From contig CAWEHK010000017.1 in assembly GCA_963808625.1 (NCBI GenBank), positions 1-64,000 on the forward strand: 64,000 nt of DNA, read 5' to 3'. A program made the position numbers and the translations under genes. The notes beneath the pieces are model-generated. The model searched no databases, was not told the origin of the DNA, and saw only the letters and a list, made by a program, of their open reading frames with translations. Source of the stretch: an uncultured delta proteobacterium (GTDB taxonomy: Bacteria > Desulfobacterota > Syntrophobacteria > Syntrophobacterales > Syntrophobacteraceae). Shown piece after piece: positions 10,722 to 22,414 of this stretch. The first letter of the stretch is position 1, and the number at the start of each line of letters is the position of its first letter.

Positions 10722-11290
10722 CTACTTGATGGCTTCGTAAATGCGGATGGGAGGGATATTCCTGACTTCGAATCTGGTGCTGAACCACCGGAAAGAAACC
10801 GCTCCAGATGCACCTTGAGATGATGATCCGCCTGGAAACAAGTTTGATAGACCAGGAACTTGCCGCCCTTTTTCAGCGCTCGATGCGTATTGTAGAGGAT
10901 CTTTTCTTTCAGCTGACAATTGAGCAGGAGGAAGGGAATACCCGAGACGATGTAATCCGCCTGGGACTCCTGCAGGAGCGCAGGGTTTCCAGGACGTTTT
11001 CGGCACTGTCATTGAAAATCACCACTCGCGGGTCCTGGATCGTCTGCTTGAGGATCGAATCGAAATTCTTATTGCGCTCGATCAGAATCAACCGTGAGTC
11101 GCTTTTCATGTTCTTCAGCAGATAGTTCGTAAAAACTCCGGTGCCCGGCCCGTATTCAACGATCAGATCACCAGAGTCAAAGTTGATATTCCCGCAAACC
11201 CTCTTCACGCCGAAAGGGGAAGTGGGAGTGATGGAGGCGACATTCTTGTCCCTAATAAAATTTCTCATGTAGGTCATCTGTATCAATCAT
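10722..11290 (-). CDS. Class I SAM methyltransferase, phospholipid N-methyltransferase-like (frameshifted)
   Basis: ASITPTS and IVEYGPGTGVFT motifs; the second frame gives ADYIVSGIPF and KFLVYQ. Confidence 0.75.
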
Positions 11291-11701
11291 AGCTGCTCCT
11301 GGTACAAAATCAATTCTTAAGTTAACCGGCTAATGCCCATCGGCATCTATGTGCTTCACCTCATACCCTGAAAAGCCAGGCTCCAGGAAAATCTCAGGCT
11401 ATGCCAAGTCCCGACCATCCGGCTCTCAAAAGTTTCGTATCCCTTCTTTATTCCACCATTGCCTTCGAGGCAAGTTCAAAATAGCGTCCCATGAATCCGG
11501 ACTCCTGCAATCGGCCTGCATTCAGGACGTCTCGAATACTATTTTTCAAAAATTTACATCCTTTATGTTAGAAAGATCGAGCGGTACTACATGATACTCG
11601 ATGAAGGATAACGCTCTGTTGAGCAGGCTTTCAAGCCTGCTATGCCGAATGCCGGAAGGCAGGCTGGAAAGCGGGGCTCCCTCGGAGATCTTGATGATAC
11701 G

Positions 11702-13375
11702 ATGCAAATGGGAAATCACGGCAAATCGAAACCCGCATCAGTCGATGGCGTTATGGAGATTCTTCTTCGAGAATCGAAGCGTTGGAGCATCCTTCCTGAA
11801 CGGCAGCCTCAAAGACCTGGAATCCCACCTGGCATAATAGGAATGAAGGAAGGGGCTGTGACTGATGGCGCAAGGCATCTTGCCGCCGGCAAAAAGGTGG
11901 TGCTCATTGGCGACTACGATTGCGACGGCATCACCTCGGTGGCTCAGATGGCCCATTTCTTGAGAGATATCGGCTACGATAATTATGCGATGGTCATCCC
12001 GCAGCGTGCCGAGGGCTACGGCGTGCCGGAGCGAGCGGTTCTCCTGCATCCTGACGCGAGCCTTTTTGTGGCAATGGACTGCGGCACTCACGATGGGCCG
12101 GCGGTGACTGCAGCTCAACCTGGGGGCTGATTTTCTGGTCATCGATCATCACGAGGTTTCCAGGAACTGGATTGGCCCCGGCAACAGTGCTGATCAATCC
12201 GAAACAGCCGTCATGTCCTTCTGCTTTTAAGGATTTCTGCGCCTCGGGACTTACCCTGCTCTTCCTTGCCAGATTCCGCAAGGCCTTGAGCGGCAAATTT
12301 TCTGCACCCGAAACTGGGAGAGAAATATCTGTCCCTGGCTGCCATTGGCACCGTTACGGATCTCGTGCCCCTGGTCGAAGCCAACCGGACCCTGACGCAA
12401 AACGGCCTGAACGCATGAACACGAGGACCTATTTGCCGCATCAGGGAAGCTTGCCGGGAGTGCGGGCTGTCCGGAAAGTTCTCACTGCCGGTCATATCGG
12501 CTACTATCTCGGGCCGCGGATCAACGCCGCCGGCCGGATGGCGGATCGCCACCTGGCGCTGGATTTCCTCATGGCGGAACGGGGAGCGGGATGCGGGCCG
12601 AGCGAGCGGATCAATTGAATCGGCTCAATGCCAGGAGGCAGCACCAGGAGGAGCAAATCCTGAAACGAGGTTCGCGAGCCGGTATGCGAAGGAAGGGGCG
12701 CGAAGAAGAACGTTGATCATGGGGGATCCCAAATGGCCTCACGGCGTGGTGGGAATTGTTGCCTCACGCATCCAACAGGAATTCCACTTCGGCCCCACCA
12801 TCATTTTTTCGATTGACGAGGAAGCCGGGCTGGCGCGAGGTTCGGCCCGCAGCATACCAGGCTTCGACATCTATGCGGCCCTGGCCTGCTGCAAGGAACA
12901 TCTCCTCAAGTGGGGTGGTCACAAATGGCAGCCGGCATGACCCTGGCCGCGGAGAATCTGGAGGAGTTTGCCGAACCATTTTGAAGCGGTTGCCGCCGAC
13001 CTATCCGCCAGGGATTTTCATTCCCCGACAGAAAAGCCGATCTGGAACTTGATCTCGGGCTCATCTCGCCCCAGCTCTTCAGCACGACTTAAGAAGCTGG
13101 AACCTCACGGCCTTGGGAATCCCCTCCCGACCTTCGCCGCACGCAACGTCAGGGCTGCTGTTCAGAGGGCGTTTGGCCGGGAAAAGAACCACCTGCAACT
13201 GATTTTAGACAATGGCCTCGAGGGGATTTTCTGGCGAGGTAAGCAACTGGTGCCCAAGGAATGGCAGAGTACCGATCCTATCGACCTCATATTTCAACTG
13301 GACTGGAATGATTATCGCGGCAGACCGGTACTGACCATTAAGGACATGGGGAGGATCAATACCCTTTGGTCCTGA
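11702..13375 (+). CDS. recJ: ssDNA exonuclease RecJ (multiple frameshifts)
   Basis: GDYDCDG, DCG, IDHH, GPRINAAGR, GSARS, GGH and LEPHGLGNP motifs in order across frames. Confidence 0.88.
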
Positions 13376-13850
13376 AAACAGGGAAACTGACGGCACGAAT
13401 TTGTGCTACTCTTCTTCGAATTTTCCTGGAGATCTTCTCCAGAATTCTTACCGCTTTCTCTCCCTTGACTTTGCGTAGAATGGCAGCTGAGGCTACAACG
13501 TCCCTGGGATCTCCGCTTTTGGCGAGCTCCTGAGCGAGGGCGCCGGCCCGTTTGAAGTCATGCACAACGTTGAATTCCTCCGGCGGAAGGAAACACTCGA
13601 GCTGTACAAAAGCGATTTCCAAGTAACTGCGCATCTCGGAATCGGGATTTTCGCGCAACTCATCGCAAATGGCCCTTCGGATCAGTGCTTTCGGATAGGG
13701 CAGGTCCGTCTCCCTGGCCATCGGGGTCGCGTATCTTTCCAGCAATTGTTCATAGCTGCTAATGACATCGCTACGCTGCTTCGCGCTCATCATGCCAACC
13801 ACGGTGGAAAGTTCCTGTTCGTCTGTCATGTTGTCCCTATCCAAACCCAT
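13356..13850 (-). CDS. Hypothetical protein
   Basis: 164-aa ORF containing DLPYPKALIRRAI; convergent with recJ. Confidence 0.6.
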   Translation of the reverse strand: MGLDRDNMTDEQELSTVVGMMSAKQRSDVISSYEQLLERYATPMARETDLPYPKALIRRAICDELRENPDSEMRSYLEIAFVQLECFLPPEEFNVVHDFKRAGALAQELAKSGDPRDVVASAAILRKVKGEKAVRILEKISRKIRRRVAQIRAVSFPVFRTKGY

Positions 13851-14065
13851 ATTTCCGACCTCAGATAATTTTGGCTGAACGGGATTGCGACATTGGCCTT
13901 ATGGGGCAGTCGCCTGTACTCCTCGGAACGAGCTTTTTAAGTGCACCTATATATACTACCTCGCTTCCAGTGCTGCTAATGCGGTGAATACCTTATTTGT
14001 GAGCGGAAAACCGTGTATTTGGGGGGTAGGGATTGAGTATAAAGGAAGGGAGAGAGTTAAATTGG

Positions 14066-14189
14066 AGTGCTGAGTGCTAAGAGTGCTGGGTGCTCTATTT
14101 AAGGGATTTGTCATTCCGGGCGGCAGCCCATCAACGATGAAAATGAGCCAGGATTGCATGCTGTTACTCAGCACTCAGCACGCAGCACT
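14066..14189. repeat. Inverted AGTGCTG / CAGCACT heptamer arrays
   Basis: AGTGCTGAGTGCTAAGAGTGCTGGGTGCT (14066-14094) and ACTCAGCACTCAGCACGCAGCACT (14166-14189). Confidence 0.7.
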
Positions 14190-14207
14190 ATTTCCAGGAA
14201 AATGAAG

Positions 14208-14251
14208 GGAGAGAGTCAGGAAGGAGGAGGAGGGAGAACCTGACTCTCTCC
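14208..14251 (-). terminator. 13-bp hairpin downstream of trxB with a CCTCCTCC loop (terminator and/or sRNA)
   Basis: GGAGAGAGTCAGG pairs with CCTGACTCTCTCC; followed by CTTCATTTT on the minus strand. Confidence 0.5.
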
Positions 14252-14322
14252 GGAGGAGGAAAGATTGGTCTTTCCAGTTTCAATAATAACACGCACGTCA
14301 AGAGGAGGTTCGGGAAAAAATC

Positions 14323-15967
14323 TCAACTTTCCACTGCCGCCTTCTTCTCTCGATAATAGGGATGCATCAGGTCTTCGAAGAGTGACATCGCGGCTTCACT
14401 GCCCTGGGCCATGGCGGTAACGATCTGTTTGTACCCGCCTTCCACGTCTCCGGCTGAATAGATGCCGGGGATGTTGGTGCGATGATGGTCGTCGCGTTTA
14501 ATAAAGCCTTCCGGAGTGAGCTCGATGCCGGTCTTCACCGCCAGGTCAACGGTCGGCGTGTAGCCAATGGCAATGAAGACGCCATCGGTTGGAAAGACGG
14601 TGGTTTCACCGGTCTGGTTGTTAACGACGAGGATCTCGTTGACCCGCTCTTTTCCCCTTATTTCTTTGACTTCGGTGTTCCACAGGACGGGAATCTCATT
14701 GGCGAAAATATTCTTGACAAGGTATTCCTGCGCTCTGAAGGCGTCCCTTCGGTGGATCATGGTAACCTGCACCCCGATGTTGTGCAAATGGAGCGCCTCC
14801 GTGGCAGCACTGTTCCCGCCGCCAACCACGGCCACTTTTTTCCCTTTGAAAAGCGGACCATCGCACGTGGCGCAGTAACTGACCCCACGACCTGCCAGGC
14901 GCATTTCGCCGGGAACGCCGAGGCGCGCGTAGTTGGCGCCGGTAGCCAAAATGACGGCCTGCGCCAGGAATCGCCGGCGACTGGTGATGACCGTTATAAT
15001 CTCGCCGGGTTGGATTTCGAGGACCTCTTCCCCCTGAAAAATCTGAACGTATTCCAGGGCATGACTGACGGTGATATCGACGAGGGTTTTGCCGGGAACG
15101 CGGGCTAATCCGGGATAGTTTTCCACAATCGGCGTGATCGCGACCTGTCCTCCCAGGGCACCGCGCTCGATAACCACGGTCTTGAGACCGCTGCGCACGG
15201 CATAAATTCCGGCGGCCAGCCCCGCAGGGCCGCCGCCCACGATCACCAGGTCCGTTTCAACCAGTTCGGCGTCGCTTTCGGGAATGAAAACAGTCTGCGG
15301 TTCCAGTTTCTCCAGGGAAGCCATAAAAAGTTCTTCCGGTTGAGCCCCCTGGCCAATCAGGACATCGTTGGCAAAGGTTTGTGGCACGCTGAATGCCTTA
15401 TACTGATCGGCGAGTTCAGGGTTGGACTGAATGTCGACAATCTCGACGGCAACCTGTTCCGGCCTTTCCATGGCCGCCTTAACGGTGTTCAGCGCCTGCT
15501 GCGGACAGTAAGGGCAGGTGGGGCTGACGAAAACCTTTATTTCCCTCGAGGAATCAATGCGGTTGAGAATCTTGAGTGACTGCTCACTGACCCCGCTCGT
15601 CCGGTAACCGAGGAGCAGGATGGTGCCGAGAAACGTCCGCCCCTCTTCCCCGTAAGGTGCCCCGAGATAGCGGATCGAGAGGCGTTCCGGGTCAAAGAGA
15701 ATGGTGGGCGAACCGGTCACACTCCATTTCCGGGCCAGTTCATGGCTGAGATCGAACTCCTTGAACTCGATCTTGTCGGAAAGTTCGCCGAAAGGCTTGA
15801 ATCAGGGTCCTTGCCGCCTGGTTCAGGGCTTCGTTATCTGCCTTCCTGGTGAAAAGATACAGGGGCACCCTGTGGGGCATCGGTTCGAACACGGCTTTGA
15901 GCTGCTGTCCGATTTCCCCGGCCAGAAAGCCTTCTGCCGGTTGTGACTGGGTTTCCTGATTTGCCAT
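14323..15967 (-). CDS. trxB: Thioredoxin reductase with AhpF-like N-terminal thioredoxin domains (frameshift near 15790)
   Basis: CPYC, GGGPAG, GVSYCATCDG, GGGNSA and TNIPGIYSAGD motifs. Confidence 0.88.
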
Positions 15968-16066
15968 CGATATCCTTCCGTTATGACTGTCAAAGAGGTG
16001 CGCACATGGTGAAAGCCCTGGGCCTCATCCTCGATAGTTCTCATCCGGAAAGTGGTACCTTGATCT

Positions 16067-16113
16067 GTAGGAGGGGCTTCCAGCCCCGATCTCGGCTGGG
16101 AAGCCGCTCCTAC
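16067..16113. repeat. GTAG-type REP doublet
   Basis: GTAGGAGGGGCTTCCAGCC...GGCTGGGAAGCCGCTCCTAC. Confidence 0.7.
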
Positions 16114-16136
16114 CAAATCGGGTTTCCGGATGGGCG

Positions 16137-16925
16137 CTAGATAATATTATATATTCCGGGCAAACGATCTGAAAAACAGGGGATGTACCGACGATACTCG
16201 GTCATTTCGGCGGGATTCAGCCGGGCCATGATGACCTCCTCCCGCTGCCGGGCTTCAGCGAGCAGCGTCCCGGTCGGCGACACGATCGCCGAAGTTCCCC
16301 CGTATCGGGTATTGCCTTCGGTACCACAGCCGTTGCAGCCGATGACAAAGAGCTGGTTTTCGACGGCGCGACTGCGCAGCAGCAAAGACCAGTCGGCGAT
16401 CCGCGGGACCGGCCAGAGCGCCGAAAAGCACAGGATTTCCGCTCCATCCAGAGCAAGCCGGCGCGAAAGCTCGGGAAAGCGCAGGTCGTAGCAGATCTCA
16501 ATGCCCAGGCGGCCCACACTGGTTTCACAGACCACGGGCACCCGCCCCCGTTCGAACCGGTCGGGTTCGCCGGTGAGTGAAAAGAGATGGATCTTCCGGT
16601 ACCGGCCCACCACCTCGCCGCTGCTCTCAACGACATAGCTGGTGTTGAAGATCTTCTCCCCTTCCGCTTCCGGAAGGCTTCCAACCAGGACCATCCGGTG
16701 CTGAACGGCCCATTCCCTCAGCTTTCCGAGGACTGCCGGAGTGCGACTCGCCATTTCCCGCAAAACAGAGTAGTCGAAACCACCGGACCACATTTCCGGG
16801 AAGACCGCCAGCCCGCATCCCTCATTCTGCATCTGCGGCAGCACCGCCGCCACTTTGCCCAGGTTCCCGTCAACCTCTCCCGACAGAATATCCATCTGGT
16901 AGCATCCTACCGTCAACTCCTTCAT
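16137..16925 (-). CDS. Carbon-nitrogen hydrolase (nitrilase family)
   Basis: FPEMW, YRKIHLF, ICYDLRFPE and RAVENQ motifs give the E-K-C triad. Confidence 0.93.
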   Translation of the reverse strand: MKELTVGCYQMDILSGEVDGNLGKVAAVLPQMQNEGCGLAVFPEMWSGGFDYSVLREMASRTPAVLGKLREWAVQHRMVLVGSLPEAEGEKIFNTSYVVESSGEVVGRYRKIHLFSLTGEPDRFERGRVPVVCETSVGRLGIEICYDLRFPELSRRLALDGAEILCFSALWPVPRIADWSLLLRSRAVENQLFVIGCNGCGTEGNTRYGGTSAIVSPTGTLLAEARQREEVIMARLNPAEMTEYRRYIPCFSDRLPGIYNII

Positions 16926-17192
16926 GATCGCTTTCCTTCTCGTCGTCCTTAAATAAAGGTCCTCTTTATTTGAGTACAAGGTGCGGCCGCGACTTCTTCC
17001 TGCCGTGCGATACAAATAAACTATCCTGGCCTGTCTGACCAGACACATCGGAAGGCATGCAGGCTGGTGACCTTTGTCGGCCGAAGGGGCTGAAGGCGGA
17101 CAGGCAGGCGCGCCATCCCCGGTGGCGATGGGTGGCGGCCTTCGGCGGCAAGATTGTGGGCCAGTCAGCCCCAATGTATGCCGGCAATTAAT

Positions 17193-17232
17193 TTGACATC
17201 GAGGCGATGATGCCGTACCATATATCGTACAA
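17193..17232 (+). promoter_or_regulatory. Sigma-70 promoter and probable operator of yefM-yoeB
   Basis: TTGACA-17 bp-TACCAT, with two CGTAC cores resembling YefM operators. Confidence 0.6.
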
Positions 17233-17243
17233 TCAGGAGGTCG

Positions 17244-17492
17244 ATGAGCATGATAACACTATCGGCATCGGAAGCAAGAAAGCGACTCTACAATTTGGTC
17301 GATGAAGTGAAGGACACCCACAAGCCGGTTCAAATCGTGGGAAAGAGAAGTTCCGCGGTCTTGATTTCCGAGGAAGATTGGCGGGCCATCGAAGAGACCC
17401 TGTATCTTACTTCCATCCCGGGTATGCGGGAGTCCATCAGGAAAGGCCTCAAAACTCCGGTTGCAGAGTGCCACGAGGACCCGGACTGGTGA
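17244..17492 (+). CDS. yefM: Phd/YefM antitoxin
   Basis: SASEARKRLYNLVDEV, AVLISEEDW and ETLYLTSIPGM motifs. Confidence 0.92.
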   Translation: MSMITLSASEARKRLYNLVDEVKDTHKPVQIVGKRSSAVLISEEDWRAIEETLYLTSIPGMRESIRKGLKTPVAECHEDPDW

Positions 17493-17752
17493 GTTGGCGC
17501 CTGGTCTTTACCAAGCAGGCTCAGAAAGACGCGAAGAAGATCGCACAATCGGCTCTCAAGCCCGCAGCCTCCAGTCTCTTGGACATCCTTCGTGAAGACC
17601 CGTACCGGAATCCACCGCCATACGAGAAACTCGTGGGGGATCTTTCCGGGGCCTATTCCCGGCGTATCAATATTCAGCATCGTCTCGTTTACCAGGTACT
17701 CAACGAGCTCAAGACGGTGAAGATCATTCGGATGTGGACGCATTATGAGTAG
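17489..17752 (+). CDS. yoeB: Txe/YoeB toxin
   Basis: PPYEKLVGDLSGAYSRRINIQHRLVY...WTHYE; GTGA overlap with the antitoxin. Confidence 0.93.
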   Translation: MSWRLVFTKQAQKDAKKIAQSALKPAASSLLDILREDPYRNPPPYEKLVGDLSGAYSRRINIQHRLVYQVLNELKTVKIIRMWTHYE

Positions 17753-17871
17753 CAAGGATCCGTTATAATTTTTGACAGGCTGTCGTTTGCATGCGGACGC
17801 AGCATAGGGACTGGCAGCACGGCAGAGGAAAGATCATGGATTTGAGGCGATCTTCGCTTGATGAGGAGCAG

Positions 17872-19708
17872 ATGATAACGAAGCGGACGGTTAGAATTGT
17901 GCTTTCTTCTCCGAACGATGTTCAGCCAGAACGGCAGGTGATGGAGAAGGTCATCGACGAGCTCAACGGCGGAATTGCCGATGATCGTGGTTTGTGCCTT
18001 GAACTGAGCCGATGGGAGACGGATGCCTACCCTGGCTTTCATGCCGAAGGTCCCCAGGGAATCATCGACCCGATTCTCAAGATCGAGGACTGTGACGTCC
18101 TGCTGGGCATTTTTTGGAGGCGCTTCGGGACTCCTACCAAACATGCGCTTTCGGGAACAGAACATGAGATTCGGGCGGCCATTGAAAGCTTTAAGAAACG
18201 GGGCCGCCCGCAGATCATGATGTACTTCAAGGAAACCGACTTTTTCCCTCGAACCAGGGAAGAAATTGCGCAGTTCGGGCTGGTGCTCCAGTTTCGGGAG
18301 GATTTTCCCAAAGAAGGCCTGTACTGGACCTTCAAGGAGGAACCCGAGAAGGGGACCCCGACGTTCGAGCGGCTGGTGCTGACCAATCTGACCAACTTTA
18401 TCAAGTCCAGGTTCCCTCTGCCTGGGGCAGAATTGGTATCGAGTTCGCCGACAACCGACGACCAGACCTTCGTTCGTTACTACAGTAAGGCCATGCGGCA
18501 GCGCTTTTCAACGATCTATTTTTTTGGCCGGCGGCGCGCTTCCGATGATGAAAGGGCGGGGGGGGCCGGAGCGCATGACCTCCATCGAACAGGGTTTTGT
18601 CCCGCTTCATTTGCACGAATGGCGTGAGGCGCCCCGTGAAAGTGATCCGGCGGTCATGGAGATATCAGAAATGCTTGCAGACCTGTTTCCTGAGAACGTC
18701 AAGCCGGTGCGGATGCTGGTGCGGGGCCTGCCGGGCGGCGGCAAGACCACCTTACTGCGCTATCTTGGCCACCACTTGGCGACGTTGGCAGTGGGAAGCG
18801 CCAAGGAAGTGATATCGGTTTATGCGCGTTTGCGGGATTTTCGTTGCAGCAAAATGACTGTGGAGGAATTTATCTGCCGACAGATTGATGCCGACAGTGA
18901 CAGTCCGGAAATGTGCGGGGTTCTTTGCGACCCTAAGCGTCGCCTGGACCGTTCCACCGTGTTGCTCCTGGACGGTCTGGACGAGATCAAAGACGCGGAC
19001 ACAGCTGGCAAGATTGCCGAATTGCTCGATGACTTTGCGAAGGACCATCCGCGCTTTAAGCTGGTTGTCACCTCGAGGCCCATCGGGCTGAAACGGGAAG
19101 ATTATCGCTCCTTCCGCGCCCTCGATCTGCAGCCATTGACCCGCGCGATGGTTGACAACTATCTCACCCGATGGTTTGCTGGCAAATCCGAAGCGATTAC
19201 AAAGCTCCAGCAGATCTTTGCGGAAAAACCTCACATCCGTGCGCTGGCGGCCAATCTGTTTTTGCTGAGTATGATCTGCTACACCTTTGAACGTGGAGGC
19301 AAGGCCGAGCTGGTCGAGCGGCGCAGTCAGCTCTATGAAAGCTGTACCCAGCTCCTGCTGCAGCGGCCATATGATCAGGAGGACGACAGCTCTTCTCACA
19401 TCGACTATGAGCAGGCGCTTGAGCTTTTGAAAGACCTTTCGCTCCGCTTCTTTTTGTATCAGGAAGCCGATTTTGCCGTCGATCATGTGACTCTCATGGG
19501 CCGACGCAGCCCAAGCGCCACAACACTCGGCACAACGGAGGCCTTCCTGGACCGGCTGCAGCGTGAAACCGGGCTCCTCCAGCGGGTCAAAGAAGGCTAT
19601 ACCTTTATCCACCGATCTCTCTGGGAATACTTCACGGCCCTCGCCCTGCGCGACAACAAGAACCGTGATTTTGTCATCCGCCAGGCCGGGAATCCCGACT
19701 GGGAAGAA
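17872..19708 (+). pseudogene. DUF4062-like + NACHT NTPase, 3'-truncated (frameshift near 18520-18560)
   Basis: IVLSSPNDVQPER...GIFWRRFGTP...GTEHE; Walker A GLPGGGKTT; LLLDGLDE, VTSRP and FIHRSLWEYFTA; ends at NPDWEE where the MGMT copy begins. Confidence 0.8.
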
Positions 19709-20090
19709 ATTGGAAGGGCAGGACCATGGCGATTCCCTCGCCGCTGGAGGTCAATGAGATCATGGCGGAAGTTCCGGAAGGGAAAGTCATCACCCTTGGC
19801 GAAATACGGCAAATGGTTGCCCGGAAGCCTAAGCAGATATTCGGTGCCCCCTGACCCGCGGGATTTTTTCGTGGCTTGCTGCACAGGCCGCCGTTGAGGC
19901 AGCTGCGGAAGGCAGACGAGATATCATCCCGTATTGGCGAACCCTGAAGACCGGCGGTGAACTGAATCCCAAATACCCGCGAGGAATCGAGGCCCAAAAG
20001 AGGCTTCTCGAATCCGAGGGGCACAAAGTCATTCAGAAAGGCAAGAAATACCTGGTGGAAAATTACGAAAATTGCCTGCTGAGATCCTGA
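19709..20090 (+). pseudogene. 5'-truncated diverged duplicate of the MGMT-family gene at 23131-23601
   Basis: Aligns by eye with 23219-23601 from ATTGGAAGGGCAGGACCATGG to the stop codon, with substitutions and an indel. Confidence 0.88.
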
Positions 20091-20238
20091 AAAGCCTGTA
20101 CCCGCGCTCCGGCCAATTTATCCAGGGTTATTCGTAAGAATTTGGCCGCTCCTGGCGGACTGTTCCGGCAATCATTTATGTGGTATTTTCACCGGGCTCG
20201 ACAGACTTAACGTTCATTTGGGAAAATAAGGCTCATCG

Positions 20239-21612
20239 ATGACACCAAAGCCTTTGCAGTTGCGACTACCTTTTCCCCCGCGCCAATCCAAGCTATCCGG
20301 CACAAACGACAAGAATAATGAAATCAGCAGTCAGAACAATAAGTTGGACCCACGAGACAGGGCCTTTCATGACTGGTATCGGTTCGTCCTTTCGTTCCCC
20401 CCACACCTGGTGCGGAAATACCTTCAAGAATTTGAGTTAGACAGACGCCACATTGTCCTGGATCCATTCTGTGGCACGGGTACGACTCTGGTTGAAGCCA
20501 AAAGAAACATGATCGGGGCAATCGGCCTTGAAGCCAATCCCTTTGCTCACTTTGCGGGGTCGGTAAAGACGGATTGGGCAATTGACGCAAGTACACTCAG
20601 ATCACGATCATCCGAAATAGCCAACAAGGCTCGAGTGATGCTTGAGTCACAGGGCATTGACGATAACCAACCATATGAAGGGGACCCTAATGCTCTGCCG
20701 TTGAGGACGCTTAGCCCTGATGCCGCAAAGCTTTTGATAAAGGACTCGATTAGCCCGTTGCCTTTGCATAAGGTGCTCGTTCTCCTGGAGTGTCTTGAAG
20801 AACACAGAGGCGAGCCATACCACCGACACGCCTTGCTTGGTTTGGCCAGCGCTCTGTTGTTTTCAATCAGCAACCTCCGCTTTGGTCCCGAGGTGGGCAT
20901 CGGAAAGCCCAAAGGTGATATGCCGGTAATTCCATCGTGGCTGCATGAAGTGAACAAGATCGCACTTGATCTTTCTGTTGTAGCCGGGAAACCCTATCCT
21001 CTGACAAGCGTATGTTTGGCAGATGCTCGACAAATCGGCGATGTGGTTGAGCCAAACTCCGTGGATGCCGTGATCACATCTCCTCCGTATCCCAATGAGA
21101 AGGACTACACCAGAACCACCCGACTCGAATCGGTTGTTCTGGGATTCATTACCAGCATGGCAGAATTGAGGAGATTCAAGAAACAGCTCATTCGTTCCAA
21201 CACTCGCGGCGTTTACACCACTGACACTGACGATCAATGGATCGCACACCATGATGAAATCCAACGAGTTGCTGAGGCAATCGAAAAACGCCGGCTGGAG
21301 CTCGGGAAGACTTCCGGTTTTGAGAGGCTTTACGAGAAGGTGACGCGTTTGTATTTCGGAGGGATGGCACGTCATTTGTCTGAGCTGCGTCCAGTGTTGC
21401 GCCCGGGCGCTCGGCTGGCTTATGTCGTCGGAGATCAAGCTTCTTATCTCCGGGTAATGATACGAACCGGCCAGATCCTCGCCGATATAGCGCAGCATTT
21501 GGGGTATGACCTGATTAGGATAGATCTATTTCGCACCCGCTTTGCCACCGCAACAAGAGAAGAATTGAGAGAAGAGGTTGTCGTGCTGCGGTGGCCCGGT
21601 CAAAAGGGATAA
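20239..21612 (+). CDS. Site-specific DNA methyltransferase, probably N4-cytosine
   Basis: Motif I LDPFCGTGTT precedes motif IV ITSPPY. Confidence 0.88.
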   Translation: MTPKPLQLRLPFPPRQSKLSGTNDKNNEISSQNNKLDPRDRAFHDWYRFVLSFPPHLVRKYLQEFELDRRHIVLDPFCGTGTTLVEAKRNMIGAIGLEANPFAHFAGSVKTDWAIDASTLRSRSSEIANKARVMLESQGIDDNQPYEGDPNALPLRTLSPDAAKLLIKDSISPLPLHKVLVLLECLEEHRGEPYHRHALLGLASALLFSISNLRFGPEVGIGKPKGDMPVIPSWLHEVNKIALDLSVVAGKPYPLTSVCLADARQIGDVVEPNSVDAVITSPPYPNEKDYTRTTRLESVVLGFITSMAELRRFKKQLIRSNTRGVYTTDTDDQWIAHHDEIQRVAEAIEKRRLELGKTSGFERLYEKVTRLYFGGMARHLSELRPVLRPGARLAYVVGDQASYLRVMIRTGQILADIAQHLGYDLIRIDLFRTRFATATREELREEVVVLRWPGQKG

Positions 21613-21616
21613 GAGC

Positions 21617-22414
21617 ATGGTGAGGAAAGCCAACCGGTATGTTCAGATAATAGAATCGATTTTCTTCAAGTATTACAGGGAAGATGCGGCGGAGGTGTGC
21701 TTTGAAAGAGCGGATATCGTGAATAGTGCCGGAGAGTTGGGCATCAGGCTCCCCAAAAATTTGGGGGATGTTCTCTATTCTTTCAGATACCGAGCCAGTC
21801 TACCGGAAAACATAACCCAAAAAGCTCCGGAGGGGTCGGAATGGATAATTCGGCCCGCCGGCCGGGCACAATATAAGTTTGTCCTCTCCACTCAAGGGGA
21901 CCTTGTTCCTTCAAAAATGCTGGTTCAGACGAAGATCCTCGATGCCACACCGGGTGTGATCGAAAAGTATGCGTTGAATGACGAGCAGGCGCTCCTGGCA
22001 AAACTCAGATACAACAGACTGATTGACATCTTCATCGGCATAACCTGCTACTCTCTTCAAAACCATCTGCGGACGACGGTCCCTGGTATTGGTCAGGTTG
22101 AGATTGATGAGGTCTATATCGGCATCGACAAGAGAGGGGCACTTTACGTTCTGCCGGTTCAAGCGAAGGGAGGGTCAGATAGAATCGGGATCGTGCAGAT
22201 CGAACAGGACTTTGCCGCGTGTGCCACAAAATTCCCTACGCTCATCTGTCGCTCAATCGCTGCCCAGTTCATGGATAGGAGAACCATCGCATTGTTCGAG
22301 CTCGAACAAACGGATAATGGCATCGGCGTTTCTGCTGAAAAACATTACACACTGGTGAATCCCGATGAATTGTCAACAGAAGAGCTGGAAAGCTACGGTA
22401 AACGTGCGCCCTGA
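21617..22414 (+). CDS. Putative type II restriction endonuclease (PD-(D/E)xK-like)
   Basis: Starts 4 bp after the MTase; QVEIDEVYIG...PVQAKGG resembles a D...QxK catalytic motif. Confidence 0.72.
   Translation: MVRKANRYVQIIESIFFKYYREDAAEVCFERADIVNSAGELGIRLPKNLGDVLYSFRYRASLPENITQKAPEGSEWIIRPAGRAQYKFVLSTQGDLVPSKMLVQTKILDATPGVIEKYALNDEQALLAKLRYNRLIDIFIGITCYSLQNHLRTTVPGIGQVEIDEVYIGIDKRGALYVLPVQAKGGSDRIGIVQIEQDFAACATKFPTLICRSIAAQFMDRRTIALFELEQTDNGIGVSAEKHYTLVNPDELSTEELESYGKRAP

Noticed and set aside
11702..13375. recJ (and glnE, pglX, pglZ, brxL) as true pseudogenes or programmed frameshifts
   Set aside because: Indels occur throughout the window, including in housekeeping genes, while catalytic motifs stay intact. 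Sequencing error is more parsimonious; reads are needed to decide.
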